In this document: positions 40,478 to 52,266 of the stretch, piece by piece
Position numbering within the stretch: position 1 is the first letter of the stretch
How the letters are laid out: the number at the start of each line of letters is the position of its first letter
NCBI GenBank assembly: GCA_044892505.1
Contig: CM097882.1
Span: 96,038,001-96,102,000 of the forward strand
Direction: 5' to 3'
DNA: 64,000 nucleotides
Source: Schmidtea nova
Taxonomy: Eukaryota
Program-made: the position numbers and the translations under genes
Notes under the pieces: generated by a model
Databases searched by the model: none
What the model was told of the DNA's origin: nothing
What the model saw: only the letters and a program-made list of their open reading frames with translations

Positions 40478-43436
40478 CAGGGATGCTTTCCTACCGGTTC
40501 GCACCGTTTCGTGCGAACCGTTAGGTGTAAATTCTATGGTTCGTGCGAACCGGCTATCAAAATAAGCGAAAAAAATAAATTATTTACTTTGGCAAAAAAA
40601 AATTATTTAAAAAAAATTATTAACCATTTGGTGCAAATTTATATAAACAATTTGAAAATTTAATCTAGTCTCCATTGCGATTCTAATTTTTTACTTTATA
40701 GAAATCTTTCAGTTAATTTAAAAAAAAATAAAAAAAATTTTAAATTTTATCAAGTTACCATAGATAGGTATATATGTAAAAGTTAAATCTATTTCTAATT
40801 TCTATTGAAAAAGTTTAATCTAAATATTTCATTTTGTCAGTTATTATTTGTTTTGTAAGGTAAGTTCAATTAACTATTTTCATGTTTTAAGTTAAATAAT
40901 TTATTTTTAAATACCTATTTTATTTTTTGAAGATGGAGAGACAAAATATGTTAACCACATATTTCTCGAAAAAAATAAGAGAGGAAACATCAGTAAGTAA
41001 TGATAGCTGGTCGACTATAACAGAGATAGAAGCAGTTTCAATAACTTTACAGGAACAAATACTAGAGATTACTAGTTCCCAAAATGAGGACAATAATAAT
41101 TTATCAAGCTGTTGGAATGCGAAACAGTTGAAGGAGTTTAAAATTAAATATGATGGGCTATTTGTCAGTAATCAGAAATTGGGATGTGAGTATTGTTTAA
41201 AAATGGAATCAAAACTAATATCTCAGGAATGGAAAAAATGTAAAGTTACGACATCGGGGAAAGACAAAATAGTGCAACAAGCATCTTTAAGGAAAAAAAT
41301 GAGTGAACATTTTGCATCAATAGCACACAAACTAGCTGTTGAACATGCCAAGATACTTGAAAAACAAACTTTTACATCATGCATCGATAAGATGAACGAG
41401 AAATTTATTAGTTCTACTACAAGAATCTTCAACACTGTTTACAGTCTAGCGAAAGGAAACCGTCCGTTTTCAGGCATAGAAAGTGTAATAGAGCTTCAAG
41501 TAAAAAACGGGTTGGACATGGGAACCGGACTTCATTCTCGACATAATGCAAGTAAGATAGTAGAGCATATCACGCAAGAAACTAAAAAAGAATTGTTTAT
41601 ATCAATTATTAAGAATAATTTAAAAATTTGAACTGTTATTGATGAAGCTTCCACCATTTCCAGTAAATCAACGCTTATAGTTTTCATCAAAGTAGAATCT
41701 TCTACAGTAGAATCTTCTGAAATATCCCCAATAATGTTCGTAGATATTGTGGAACTTGACGCACAAGATGCAAATACTATTTTTCAAAGTTTGTTGGGTG
41801 TATTGCTTGCTGTTGGATTTGATACAAATTATTTAAAACTGAATTTAATAGGATTCTGTTCTGATGGTGCTAGCGTAATGCTCGGTTGTAAATCTGGAGT
41901 CAGCGTACGAATAAAAGAGATGTTTCCAAATGTTATTATTTGACACTGTCTCAATCACCGTCTACAACTTGTTTTAGATGATTCCATAAACGATATCAAA
42001 CAGGTTAATCATTTTAAAGTTTTCATGGACAAAATATATTGTATTTTTCATCAATCTAATAAAAACCAAAAAGAACTGAATAATATTTCCCAGGAGCTTA
42101 GTTTGGATATAATTAAGATTGGAAGAGTGTTAGGACCAAAATGGGCTGCGTGCAGTCTAAGATCTGCTCTTGCTGTATGGCGGAGCTACCCTGCTTTGTA
42201 TACGTTGTTCTCTTCTAACCAAAAAATGTCTGGAATGGGAAAACGACTACAAAACAAATGTTTTCTAGTAGATTTAACTCTAATGATTGACATCCTACAG
42301 GAGTGCTCTCTACTATCTAATGCCCTTCAAGCTAGAAATATAAATGTTGCAAGGGGAGATCAACTGATTAGAAGAACAATTAACGCTTTTCAAATTCTCA
42401 AAGATCGTCGCGGTCATTACGAAAAAAAGTGGATGAAGTTATAAACTCTGAAGCATTCAAAAACATTATCTTCGTCGAAAACAGAATTTATGGAAACCTT
42501 CACAGAGATTCCCTTATTCACAGCATCATAAAAAATATGAAATTAAGATTGATGGATTGCTCTCATTTCGGATCAAATAGTAACAAAAACAATATTGATA
42601 ATAGCATTATTTATGAGCTAGCCAATTTGCTAGAGCCGAGCACATGGAAAATTGAAGATATTGTAGTTCCGTGGATAGAGGCCGAAGAGAATTTTGATAA
42701 ATTTTGAAAAGTTTTTAATTTTGATATCGATAAGAATGATTTCCGTGATTATGTAGAAAATATAATAAACAATGGCCATCAGCAAATTAGTAAAATTGCA
42801 GAAAACATTCAAAAAGCGAAAAATATGGTTAATACGGTTGCCGTTAGCAGTGCTGAAGCAGAACGAGGATTTTCATTGATGAACATCATAATTACTGATA
42901 TAAGAGCCAGATTAACAGTGCAGACAGTATCAAATTTGATGACATTAAACTTAGTTGGTCGTCCATTGGAAACTTGGAACGCAGTTCCCTATGTAAAAAC
43001 TTGGTTGAGGAACCATAACTCGGCAGATGATACCAGGGTTAAAAAATCTAAACCGAAAGAATATACTGAAAATCAATTAGCTATTTGGAAATATTTTAAA
43101 TAATATAATTACTTTATAACAATAATATTTACTAATATACAATTTTTTTCACAATTTTTTGTTATGTTCAGTTTTTTTTATGTAAATTTTGTATCTCTTG
43201 AAATGAATAGATAAAATAAAAGTTATTTTCACCTCGTTGAATTATTTTTTTATTCTCTTTTATCCTATTACATTATTGTTGCAAAGAATATGAACGATAG
43301 TTAAATATTCTTGACTTAGTCTGCTACTCTGACAAACAATAATATTTTGATGGAAATATTAATATTAAAAAAATAAAAAAAATTGTAAGAAAATATCACT
43401 GCTAACCGGTTGATAAATTTTGGGAAAGCATCCTTG
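40478..43436 (+). mobile_element. hAT DNA transposon (Tip100/ZNF862-like), full length
   Basis: TIR CAGGGATGCTTTCC/GGAAAGCATCCTTG (1 mismatch); perfect 8-bp TSD AAATAATC. Confidence 0.95.
40933..43103 (+). pseudogene. hAT transposase with in-frame stops and frameshifts; predicted 73-nt 5'UTR intron at 40860-40932
   Basis: [38 protein letters not shown] motifs. Confidence 0.92.
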
Positions 43437-43734
43437 AAATAATCACACATTTTTCCATGAAAGAAAATTATGTCAATATTTTATACCCAGAAAATAAAAT
43501 CGAATGAATATAGTGGTAGTAACCTAAAGTTTCAATCGTATATGAAAAACTCGCATTATTTTATTTGTAAATTAACATTTTCATGATTTTCCGAATTGAA
43601 ATAGAATATTATAAAATTTACTTTGAAAATGATATCATTGTTCACACGATTTCTAGTACGATTTAATTGACTTTCCCGTCCGTTCCTATTTCTAAATTAA
43701 TTTATTGAGAGCGTATTTTTAAAGCTGTTTATGG

Positions 43735-43740
<6 letters not shown>

Positions 43741-43781
<41 letters not shown>
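43741..43781. repeat. (TA)n microsatellite
   Basis: Direct reading. Confidence 0.95.
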
Positions 43782-43784
<3 letters not shown>

Positions 43785-45636
43785 TTCTACTTCCCGAAAT
43801 TAAATCAAAATGAATTATAACGGAGAGACACAGCACACTTTTTGCATATATATTCAAACACTTGGTACAGTACCAATGTTGCTAAGCGACGCTTACCAAG
43901 CGAAAGGGATAAAGTTTTTTATGCTGATGTATGTGGGCCAGATGTCGAGCTGGAATTATATACAAACTATATAGAACCCACTAGAAACCAACAATATGTT
44001 TCTTGTAAGTGGTCAAGTGGATTTCTAAAGTATCATAAAGATTATTTATTGAGCTACTGGTAAGCCAAAACTCGCCAGGTTAATTCCGTTGGAAACTTCA
44101 ATGTCACAAATTGTGGACACCCGGTCCAATATAAGGTCCATGTGTGTTTAGTTTCACTCTTGGCAGCAATTGGTTGACCTGCGAAATACAGCACTAACTT
44201 GTGAACCCAAATCAGTTCGAGGGGAACCCGCCTGAATGGGTTAATATGGATGAGTGGTTTAGACAGATCCATTAGACTAGAGAGGGGTGAGTTCGGTAAA
44301 CCGAGAGTCTAGATTAAAGTATATGGGATCCTCCGAACGACCAACTCAAAGAAAAAAGAATAGCTTAATAATTTAGGATTTTTAATTTTAATTTGGTTCC
44401 ATTTTGGTTGATAAGAGAACTCTATAAAAAGTAATTTTTACTAAATTAAAAGCAAATTTACTAAAAAATGAGAAACTGACTATATATGTAGGTCTACTCT
44501 AACTTTTAAAAGATATTGACAATTATGCCTAAAATATTTAAATTCTACACTGTTTTATTGAAAACAAAGATCTTGAAATCGAATATCTAAAACACAGATC
44601 AGAATGAAACAATGATATACTGAATTTTTTATTTACTGAAAACAAATGACCAAAAAATGATAGCAAGACTCCAACTATTAACAAAAGGTTTTAAGAAAAT
44701 AAATAATAAAAGATAAGATTCAACAAGTATCTCAATAAAACTTTCGAATTTTTCGATGCAATTAAAAACGTAATTTTTAAAAGTTGATAAAAAATGAAAG
44801 TTAAGAATGGCAGCGGGATATGAATGTTATTACAAAAAATAAAAAATTGATTTAAGAATATAATTTACCTTTGACAGTTTTTATAGCGGTAATTAAGGTT
44901 GGTGAATAATTGATGTTAGATATGGGGAAAATGGTAAAGTATCTGAATTAGATGAAGATTATACGTAGCATAAGGATGAATAGATACAGGTTGAACATAC
45001 ACATTGAGCCAACCCCAAACAAGTCATAAAATACGAATATTCCTTACCTATGACAAAAACAATCTATCTTCGAGAACCTGACAGTTCATTTTGCGATGGA
45101 TATTGACAATTTACCTTTATTATTTTAAAAATCAATTTTTGTAATCTATGACAATTTATAATTTGACAATTCACCTTTAACAATTTTGTGATAAATTTAT
45201 TTTATCTTTATAATTAAAATGACATCCTTGTAATTGTATCAATTTAGTTTATGTGATTTATTTTATTAATTTTATATTTTGGTATGATTAATTTGACAAA
45301 CGTATATACTTAATGGTTATTTAATACTTTATTTATTATTTAATTGATGTCGTAATATTGGAATTTTTTAATTTTTATTTGATTTTTCAAAATCTTTGCA
45401 AAAAATATAAAATTAATTATTTTTTTCAACTTTTTTCTAAAACTTTCAAAAATGGTCAGAATTTAATAATTTTTATACTAATCTGCAGAGAATTGAACGG
45501 CGAACAAAAAGAGTAAAAAAGTAAAAACATGAAAATCACATGTTTTATCATGTCTTTATCACGCACTGTCATGCCTTTGTGTTTAAAAATAATAATATTT
45601 AATAAAAATAATAATAATTAATAAAAAATAATATAT

Positions 45637-46038
45637 TTATTGTTTTAAATAATCAATTACACCAGACAAGCATCCTTTATATGCACACATACTATGGTCT
45701 TTATATGGACATGAGATATTTTCTGGAACATCTTCAAATTCTTTAAAATTATATTTAATTAATCTCAATTTCGGGAAATATTTCTTCAAAACTTGCAACT
45801 TTTCATTATCTGTAACATAGAATATAGCTCCTTTATTTTCAATATCATCCATAATACATTTTGGACAAAAATAATCTTGTCCTTCAAACGATTCTATACG
45901 ATCAGGCCATAAAGATAAATCACTGTATATATAATAATGAGGTGTGAAGATATTATTGACATTCATAATACATAATTCCTTAATTGTTGTTCCTCCCATT
46001 TCATTATAACCATAAATATCGATAAAATAACAAGACAT
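45637..46038 (-). CDS. Maverick accessory protein, possibly a DEDD-like nuclease fold with a C-terminal Cys/His cluster
   Basis: Intact 133-aa ORF. N-terminal FIDIYGY...IKELCI resembles a DxE..KE first-strand pattern; C-terminal CPYKDHSMCAYKGC. TATAAAC 37 nt upstream. The fold is inference. Confidence 0.55.
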   Translation of the reverse strand: MSCYFIDIYGYNEMGGTTIKELCIMNVNNIFTPHYYIYSDLSLWPDRIESFEGQDYFCPKCIMDDIENKGAIFYVTDNEKLQVLKKYFPKLRLIKYNFKEFEDVPENISCPYKDHSMCAYKGCLSGVIDYLKQ

Positions 46039-46070
46039 TTTTTCAAAAAAAAATTATTAAAATAAATTGT

Positions 46071-46449
46071 TTATAACATTGATTTCAACCATGCAAGGCA
46101 ATGTTCACCACAAGTGATTGTTAAAGGATGTTGATACCGAATTATATTATACACAATAGGTTTACCAATAGTTTGAAGTTTTCGAACAAGTAAATTTGGA
46201 TAATAATATCCAAAGGGATCAAATACATGTATTCGATCTGGTTTCACGTAAACTGCAGTCCAATGTTCACCGCCCAATGTAGATGTCTGAGTATTTACAA
46301 TGATGGCTTGATTCATTTTCAAATAAGGTATTTTATCTAGCGAAAATACTCCAATAAATTGATTTCCCAATAGTTTTTTACCTTGATGTAATACCTGAAT
46401 AGAACTAATTAAAAATAAATAATTAATCAATTAAAAAATCTTACTCCAT
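46071..46449 (-). CDS. Adenain-like cysteine protease, spliced (ATG GA micro-exon; 40-nt intron at 46405-46444)
   Basis: GGEHW, HVFDPFG and CGEHC catalytic motifs; the spliced start reads MDSIQVLH. Confidence 0.92.
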
Positions 46450-46506
46450 GATGATAATAATAATAACTTATAATAACTTTGGTCATTTATACTATTTGAG
46501 CAGAGC

Positions 46507-47720
46507 TTAAACTAATAATGTTCGATTGGCAGTAATTTGAACTTCATTTTCAAAAACTCCATATATAACTACATGAACCGGTTCCTCAATAGGTTTTGCA
46601 AACTTTATATCGAGTCTTAAATTTTCGTTTTGAGGGATTTGGCTTTGATTCAAATCAAAATCGGGAGCCAGAACAAATGTAAAGAATGGATAACTAGATT
46701 TATCTAGATCAATACCACAATTCAAGTTTTTATCCAAATAACCTAGATTTCGGACAAGACTTTGCATATATGATGAACTAAAATTATCATTTTCAAAATC
46801 CTGGGTATGTTTCACGATAATCGGTATTTTTCGACAATGTTAATGAAGTCACATTAAAATGTTTGAATGTAGATGTTGACTCTGTATAAGATCCATTATA
46901 TTGATTTTCGGATTGAAAAGCCACAAGAATGAAATTAGGCATTCGTTTATCTCCAAATATTTGCTCCTTGTAAAATGACAATGCCCCTTTACCGATTGCA
47001 AACGATACGATTTCTTTTGATTTTATAGGATAAATTGCATGTTTTTTATTTAAACCAATTTGATGACCAGCCAATACTGAAGATTCACATCGAACTCTTC
47101 TTACCATTAATTTTGCATCAACTATTTGGATTATTGGTTTCCCAGCTGCCGATTTCAATGATAATGCAGAATCAGATCGCTTCAATCTAATATGTACATT
47201 AACTCCGGGAAGTAAGTATTTAGGTTGATCCATAAAATCCAGTTGTAATGATGAACACATGTTGAAAAGTTTCGATCCTTTGATCCATTTTTTCCTATCT
47301 TCAGCTGCACCATATCCCATTGGAGTAAGACATGTTTCTTTCGCATCATTCGCATAATTTAAAATAGTTTCGATTATTGCCTTGTGCGCATATGTATTGT
47401 TGCCACCCTCGATTTTTATATTATTAAATCCGAGAATTACATCTTTGAAAAGTGTATGAAACAAGTAATTATTAGGAACTACATCACTTGAATCACCTAG
47501 AGCCTTTTTATCTTTATCTACAACCTACGACAGTAATGGACAATAATGTATCGTTCAAATCCAAATATTCGGTTTGTGAACCATTAATGTAAAATTCAAC
47601 ATCATTTCTACTATCTGTAATAGAGTTCATTGGGAACACATCTTCAAACACCCCATATTCAATAACTGCTTGAGGTGACGGTCGATCAAAAAGACATAAT
47701 TCAGATTTACCGCAAATCAT
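46507..47720 (-). pseudogene. Major capsid protein (double jelly-roll), frameshifted into three pieces
   Basis: KSELCLFDRP, TEYLDL, QPKYLLPGV, FTFVLAPDFDL; colinear with 59056-60282. Confidence 0.93.
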
Positions 47721-48100
47721 TCTTCAAATATAGTTTCATGACCTTTCATTCGTTTGTTTATACGCTTTCGTTTACGTCTTGGTCCTACTGGTACAGATTC
47801 TGGTTCCTTAATTTTTGTAAACATATTTGTAATTGAAGGAAGCATTTGTGTTACAGCAGGTATAGCTTTATTAACTGCAGCCAAAGCATTGGTTTTCAAT
47901 GACGGTAATATTTTATTATCTTTCATGATAACGTCCTTGGCAGTATTCATTCCGAAATTACCTAGTCGTCTAAGAATTGGAAGTGCAAATCTCCCAATAG
48001 TTTTCAACCAACTTGATCCATACTGTTTACCGACAAAATACGGTAATTCACCACCAGTTTGGCTATCACTGTACATAGAAACTATATCGGGATTACTCAT
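47717..48100 (-). CDS. Conserved small Maverick protein upstream of the major capsid
   Basis: QTGGELPYFVGKQYG..WLKTIGRFALPILRRLG; ortholog of 58652-59059. Confidence 0.85.
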   Translation of the reverse strand: MSNPDIVSMYSDSQTGGELPYFVGKQYGSSWLKTIGRFALPILRRLGNFGMNTAKDVIMKDNKILPSLKTNALAAVNKAIPAVTQMLPSITNMFTKIKEPESVPVGPRRKRKRINKRMKGHETIFEE

Positions 48101-48129
48101 CGTTTTTTCGAAAATGTAGAGTTAAGTGA

Positions 48130-48410
48130 GTTTTTGAATCTTTTGGAAATTTTATTAGTCATCCGCTGTCATCCCTGATATTTATTTCTATATTGTTTAT
48201 ACAGGATGTTGAAACAGATAAATACATTGGGTTTTCTACTTGTATTTGAACAATTTCATCTTGTTCGTATTTTTCGATCCATACCGATTTTAGTAAAGGA
48301 ACCAAGGAATCACCAACAATTATGAGTTCGATAATGTTAGTATACACGAATAATTGCTGATGAAGTTTAGATAATTTCGGTTGACGAATACCAGAAATGA
48401 TATTTTTATC
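48130..48410 (-). pseudogene. 3' fragment of a minor capsid gene joined in frame to the integrase
   Basis: KLHQQLFVYTNIIE..VGD..VPLLKSVW..NPMYL..IEINIRDDSG. Confidence 0.85.
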
Positions 48411-49353
48411 GATTCTAAATATTGTCGGTGGAGGAATAACTTGTAATTCTTGTAGGTAGAATTTGCCGCTGATTATATTGTTATCAGAGTCACAAATAGT
48501 ATACATGACAGGATTCTGCACTGTGTTGACTTTCGATATTTGATATATCTCATCACTCCAATTATTATCAAAATTTTTAATGAATGGCGATGCACTAATC
48601 TTGCTAATTCGAACATGATCACCAATTTTATATTTTGGTTTCTTTATTTTCGTATCACTCAAAATATTTTCAGTATCTACTACTTCTACTGGTTTCCTGC
48701 TATTTATACCCCGATGAGCACTATGATTATAACTGTGAATCATTTCAGGTAAAACATTAATCCAGGTTTTATTGCCTTTAAAAACAAAGTATTTTTTCAA
48801 TCGATCACGTAAAGTTCGATTAAATCTTTCGACATGAGCTGCTTTGAATTGCGAGAATACCGAATAATGATTTATTCTCTTGATAACTTTCTTGACTTTA
48901 CTGTTGTAAAATTCCTTTCCTAAAAAATATTAAATATATATATATAAATTTATATTTAAATTTACCCAAATCGGTTTGTAAATTAGTTGGCCGATCCTTT
49001 TTCATCATTGTCTTGATAGCGATTGCCATGTCATTAGCAGATTTAGATTTTACTCCAATTGCTCGAGCAAATCTACTGTAAACATCAATACATGTTAAAA
49101 TATACTTGTATCCCTTGTTAATAGCAGAATACGGAATCATTTCCATCAAATCCATTTGCCACAAATCATTGATTCTATATGTTTTATATGCTCGAGTTGG
49201 AAACCGTTTCAACATCGGCTTGTTTAGACTGTATGCAAGTTGCCCCGATAACCAACTTTGTGTCTGTTGTTTCGACTTCTGTGCTTTTTTCCTTAGCTTT
49301 TCGACTCCACCGAAACCGGCGTCATCTTTTTAGTTCGTCCAGATCTTCTACAT
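48411..49353 (-). pseudogene. Retroviral-like (rve) integrase with a 46-nt intron (48920-48965), early stops, chromodomain deleted
   Basis: WQMDL, QTDLG|KEFYN (restored by splicing), HVERFNRTL. Confidence 0.92.
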
Positions 49354-49408
49354 TACAACAAGAAGATTTAAAGTTTAAATTTAAATTAGGTAATGATTGA
49401 CCCATTGT

Positions 49409-49908
49409 TTATGACTTTCTTTTTCCCAATAAACCAGTACCTCCCAATAATGATAATGCTAATGGTAACAATGCTGCGATAAAACCACCTTGTTGTTTAT
49501 ATATTATTTTGCGCATAAGTTTTCTATTTTTTGTGTTTACTAGCGATAATGGTTTTTTATGTTTGTTCATAACACGTCGATTAGATGGAGTTAGATTCAT
49601 TTTACCTCGACTTTAATTAAAATAGCGAGTAAATCATCGATGACGTAATTAGGAAACGATTGAAGAATACCCATTCTTCTAACGGAGGGGGCTTTAAGTA
49701 ATGCATTAAAAAACGGTAAACTACGATTATGTAATAATGGTTTAGCATTAGATTTCAAATTAATTTGATTAGTTTTGGGAATATTATCTATAATTATTTT
49801 CTTGGATCTTGATTTCTTTCTTGATTTCTTTGTTGATTTCTTTATAATTAGTTTCTTTGTTCTAGCCTTTATCAATGGCTCAAACTTTACTCGAGATTTC
49901 ATTAACAT
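49409..49908 (-). pseudogene. Basic Lys-rich peptide fused to a homolog of 55122-55451, with one frameshift at about 49600
   Basis: RSLPFFNAL..AP...IDDLL and SLVNTKNR...KIIYKQQGGF match the element B ORF; a KKSTKKSRKK N-terminal tract is present. Confidence 0.75.
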
Positions 49909-49938
49909 TATTATGATTGCAAACAGAATTAACTTTGT

Positions 49939-50553
49939 TTAAAAAACCATGGCTCCTTCAGTGTTAAAAATATCAGTTCTAACTCGTAAATCATCACTGC
50001 ATTGTTGAGTAAAATCCAGGAAAATATATCCATGAGGAGATTTTGTAGCATCTTGAAAGGCTTCAATCAAAAAGTAACGATTTGAAGGATAAGCTTGTCT
50101 TGCCAGAAAATCAATAACTGTTGCATCTCTAGGATTTTTAAACACAACAAGATATTGAACATTTAAATTACGGGTTCGATGACTACCGCCCTGATGAAAT
50201 AAATTCTGAGTTATAAAAATAACAGTAACACCTTTATGTCGACTGATTTTCGTAAATAAGTTATTGAAATCCTTTTCTTTATTTGCTTCTTGATACAAGT
50301 CATCAATGATAATCACATCACCTTGTTTTAATCTAGATGAACAGTTTTTATTGAAACCTTTTATGATTGTCATTTTTATTTTACAAAACTGATCTTGAGT
50401 CATTCCGCTTTCGTCGTCAGCACCCCTATGCCAATAAATATTATTGAATTTTGATTTGAATAATTTCGATTGCAATAATTTACAAACAAATAAAGTTTTT
50501 CCACTCCCGCTCGGACCAACAATTTGAAACACTGCATCATTTCTTAATTCCAT
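49939..50553 (-). CDS. A32/FtsK-like DNA packaging ATPase
   Basis: Walker A GPSGSGKT, Walker B IIIDD, SRH, FITQNLF; the C-terminal few codons are altered. Confidence 0.93.
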   Translation of the reverse strand: MELRNDAVFQIVGPSGSGKTLFVCKLLQSKLFKSKFNNIYWHRGADDESGMTQDQFCKIKMTIIKGFNKNCSSRLKQGDVIIIDDLYQEANKEKDFNNLFTKISRHKGVTVIFITQNLFHQGGSHRTRNLNVQYLVVFKNPRDATVIDFLARQAYPSNRYFLIEAFQDATKSPHGYIFLDFTQQCSDDLRVRTDIFNTEGAMVF

Positions 50554-50645
50554 ATTTCAAAATTATATTTAATTAATATTATTGTTTATATTTGTTTTAA
50601 ATACTGGTTCTCAAAGTAATTTTTCATTTAAAAATATTTTCAGTA

Positions 50646-51113
50646 ATGATTAGAAACATTAATTACAAGGGTAAGACATATGTATCACACATGAAATTTC
50701 CAAATGGAAAACCCCAGCAAATTGTAGATAGAAGTGGAAAATACCCAATAATATACTTTAAAACAGGAAGATATAGAATAATGGGATGCAGGGAATTTAT
50801 TAGTGACGAACAAGTTGAGTTTTACGATTTAAAAATACAATCGATAACTGTAACTGCGGATTTAGGATTTATTTGTAATTTGAATGAATTATCTAAATTA
50901 ATACCATGTGTTTACGAGCCAGAAATATTTCCAGCTTTGAGATATATCAAATATAATCCCATGTGTGTAAATATATTTGCAAGGGGGAAATTAGTCATAT
51001 TAGGATTAAAAAACAAAGACTATTCAACTATAGTTGATGATATTATTTACGATATAAAATCAATTATAGAAGATAAAGCCTTTGTTGATTTCATACTAAC
51101 ATGTGACTCATGA
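50646..51113 (+). CDS. TATA-binding protein (TBP)-like protein, 155 aa, intact copy
   Basis: Second TBP repeat: LKIQSITVTADLG...VYEPEIFPALRY...VNIFARGKLVILG (cf. YEPELFPGL..LIFVSGKVVLTG). Shortened first repeat: IRNINY...KFPNG...IIYFKTGRYRIMG. Recognised from motifs only. Confidence 0.82.
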   Translation: MIRNINYKGKTYVSHMKFPNGKPQQIVDRSGKYPIIYFKTGRYRIMGCREFISDEQVEFYDLKIQSITVTADLGFICNLNELSKLIPCVYEPEIFPALRYIKYNPMCVNIFARGKLVILGLKNKDYSTIVDDIIYDIKSIIEDKAFVDFILTCDS

Positions 51114-51376
51114 CTGCAATATCGATGCAGTAGAAATGCACGATTCTGATTGGTTCTGTGTGTATTTCGAGAATAAAGACATGTTGTGCATGCTTGAATC
51201 TGATTGGTTCATTATGTGTGTTTCAAATCATGTGTGTTTCTTTCATATATATACTATGAACAATCTGACATAGTTTATATCTACAATTATGTCTCTAACA
51301 CAAACTTTGATTAAAAGCCGTAAGGATTTTAATTATTTATTATTCATAATTAATATTTTTTTTATTTAGAAAAATA

Positions 51377-51790
51377 ATGAATGTAATATACAGAAAATTG
51401 GAGGAGCTTTTCCCGAACCTCATGCCGGCTCTCGTGTACACAGCTCCGGAGATGTTCCCGTACAAGATCATGATCTTGACGGGAATCGATATTAACCAGA
51501 TCGTCCTGGACCATATGACGAATCAAAATACGGATATACCCGCTGTGGCAGAGCACATTCTATGTGCATACCAATGTGGAAGCTGTGTCGAACGTATCCG
51601 GCAATTCAATATATGGGTTTTGAGAAACTCGCTCAAATTATTCGATACCGAACAACAACAACTGGAAAAAGTTGAGGAGGAGGAGGAGGAGCAAATAAAG
51701 GAAACCTGTGTGTTTCTTTCATATATATACTATGAACAATCTGACATAGTTTATATCTACAATTATGTCTCTAACACAAACTTTGATTAA
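51377..51790 (+). CDS. Unknown Maverick protein downstream of the TBP-like gene; C-terminus probably created by the duplication junction
   Basis: RKLEELFP.L...L.Y.APE...KI...TGI.I.Q..H shared with 53332-53720; preceded by a GT..AG 5'UTR intron-like segment. Confidence 0.65.
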   Translation: MNVIYRKLEELFPNLMPALVYTAPEMFPYKIMILTGIDINQIVLDHMTNQNTDIPAVAEHILCAYQCGSCVERIRQFNIWVLRNSLKLFDTEQQQLEKVEEEEEEQIKETCVFLSYIYYEQSDIVYIYNYVSNTNFD

Positions 51791-51852
51791 AAGCCGTAAG
51801 GATTTTAATTATTTATTATTCATAATTAATATTTTTTTTATTTAGAAAAATA

Positions 51853-52266
51853 ATGAATGTAATATACAGAAAATTGGAGGAGCTTTTCCCGAACCTCATG
51901 CCGGCTCTCGTGTACACAGCTCCGGAGATGTTCCCGTACAAGATCATGATCTTGACGGGAATCGATATTAACCAGATCGTCCTGGACCATATGACGAATC
52001 AAAATACGGATATACCCGCTGTGGCAGAGCACATTCTATGTGCATACCAATGTGGAAGCTGTGTCGAACGTATCCGGCAATTCAATATATGGGTTTTGAG
52101 AAACTCGCTCAAATTATTCGATACCGAACAACAACAACTGGAAAAAGTTGAGGAGGAGGAGGAGGAGCCAATAAAGGAAACCTGTGTGTTTCTTTCATAT
52201 ATATACTATGAACAATCTGACATAGTTTATATCTACAATTATGTCTCTAACACAAACTTTGATTAA
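51853..52266 (+). CDS. Second tandem copy of the same unknown protein
   Basis: Part of the 476-bp duplication. Confidence 0.55.
   Translation: MNVIYRKLEELFPNLMPALVYTAPEMFPYKIMILTGIDINQIVLDHMTNQNTDIPAVAEHILCAYQCGSCVERIRQFNIWVLRNSLKLFDTEQQQLEKVEEEEEEPIKETCVFLSYIYYEQSDIVYIYNYVSNTNFD

Noticed and set aside
47754-49400. Plus-strand ORFs over element A genes, and similar shadows at 15234, 20833-21581, 51362, 51838, 58678, 62771, 62787
   Set aside because: Antisense shadows of recognisable genes or repeats, with no independent motifs.
50646-51113. Host TBP gene
   Set aside because: Too divergent and short, intronless, multi-copy, and embedded in Maverick gene order.
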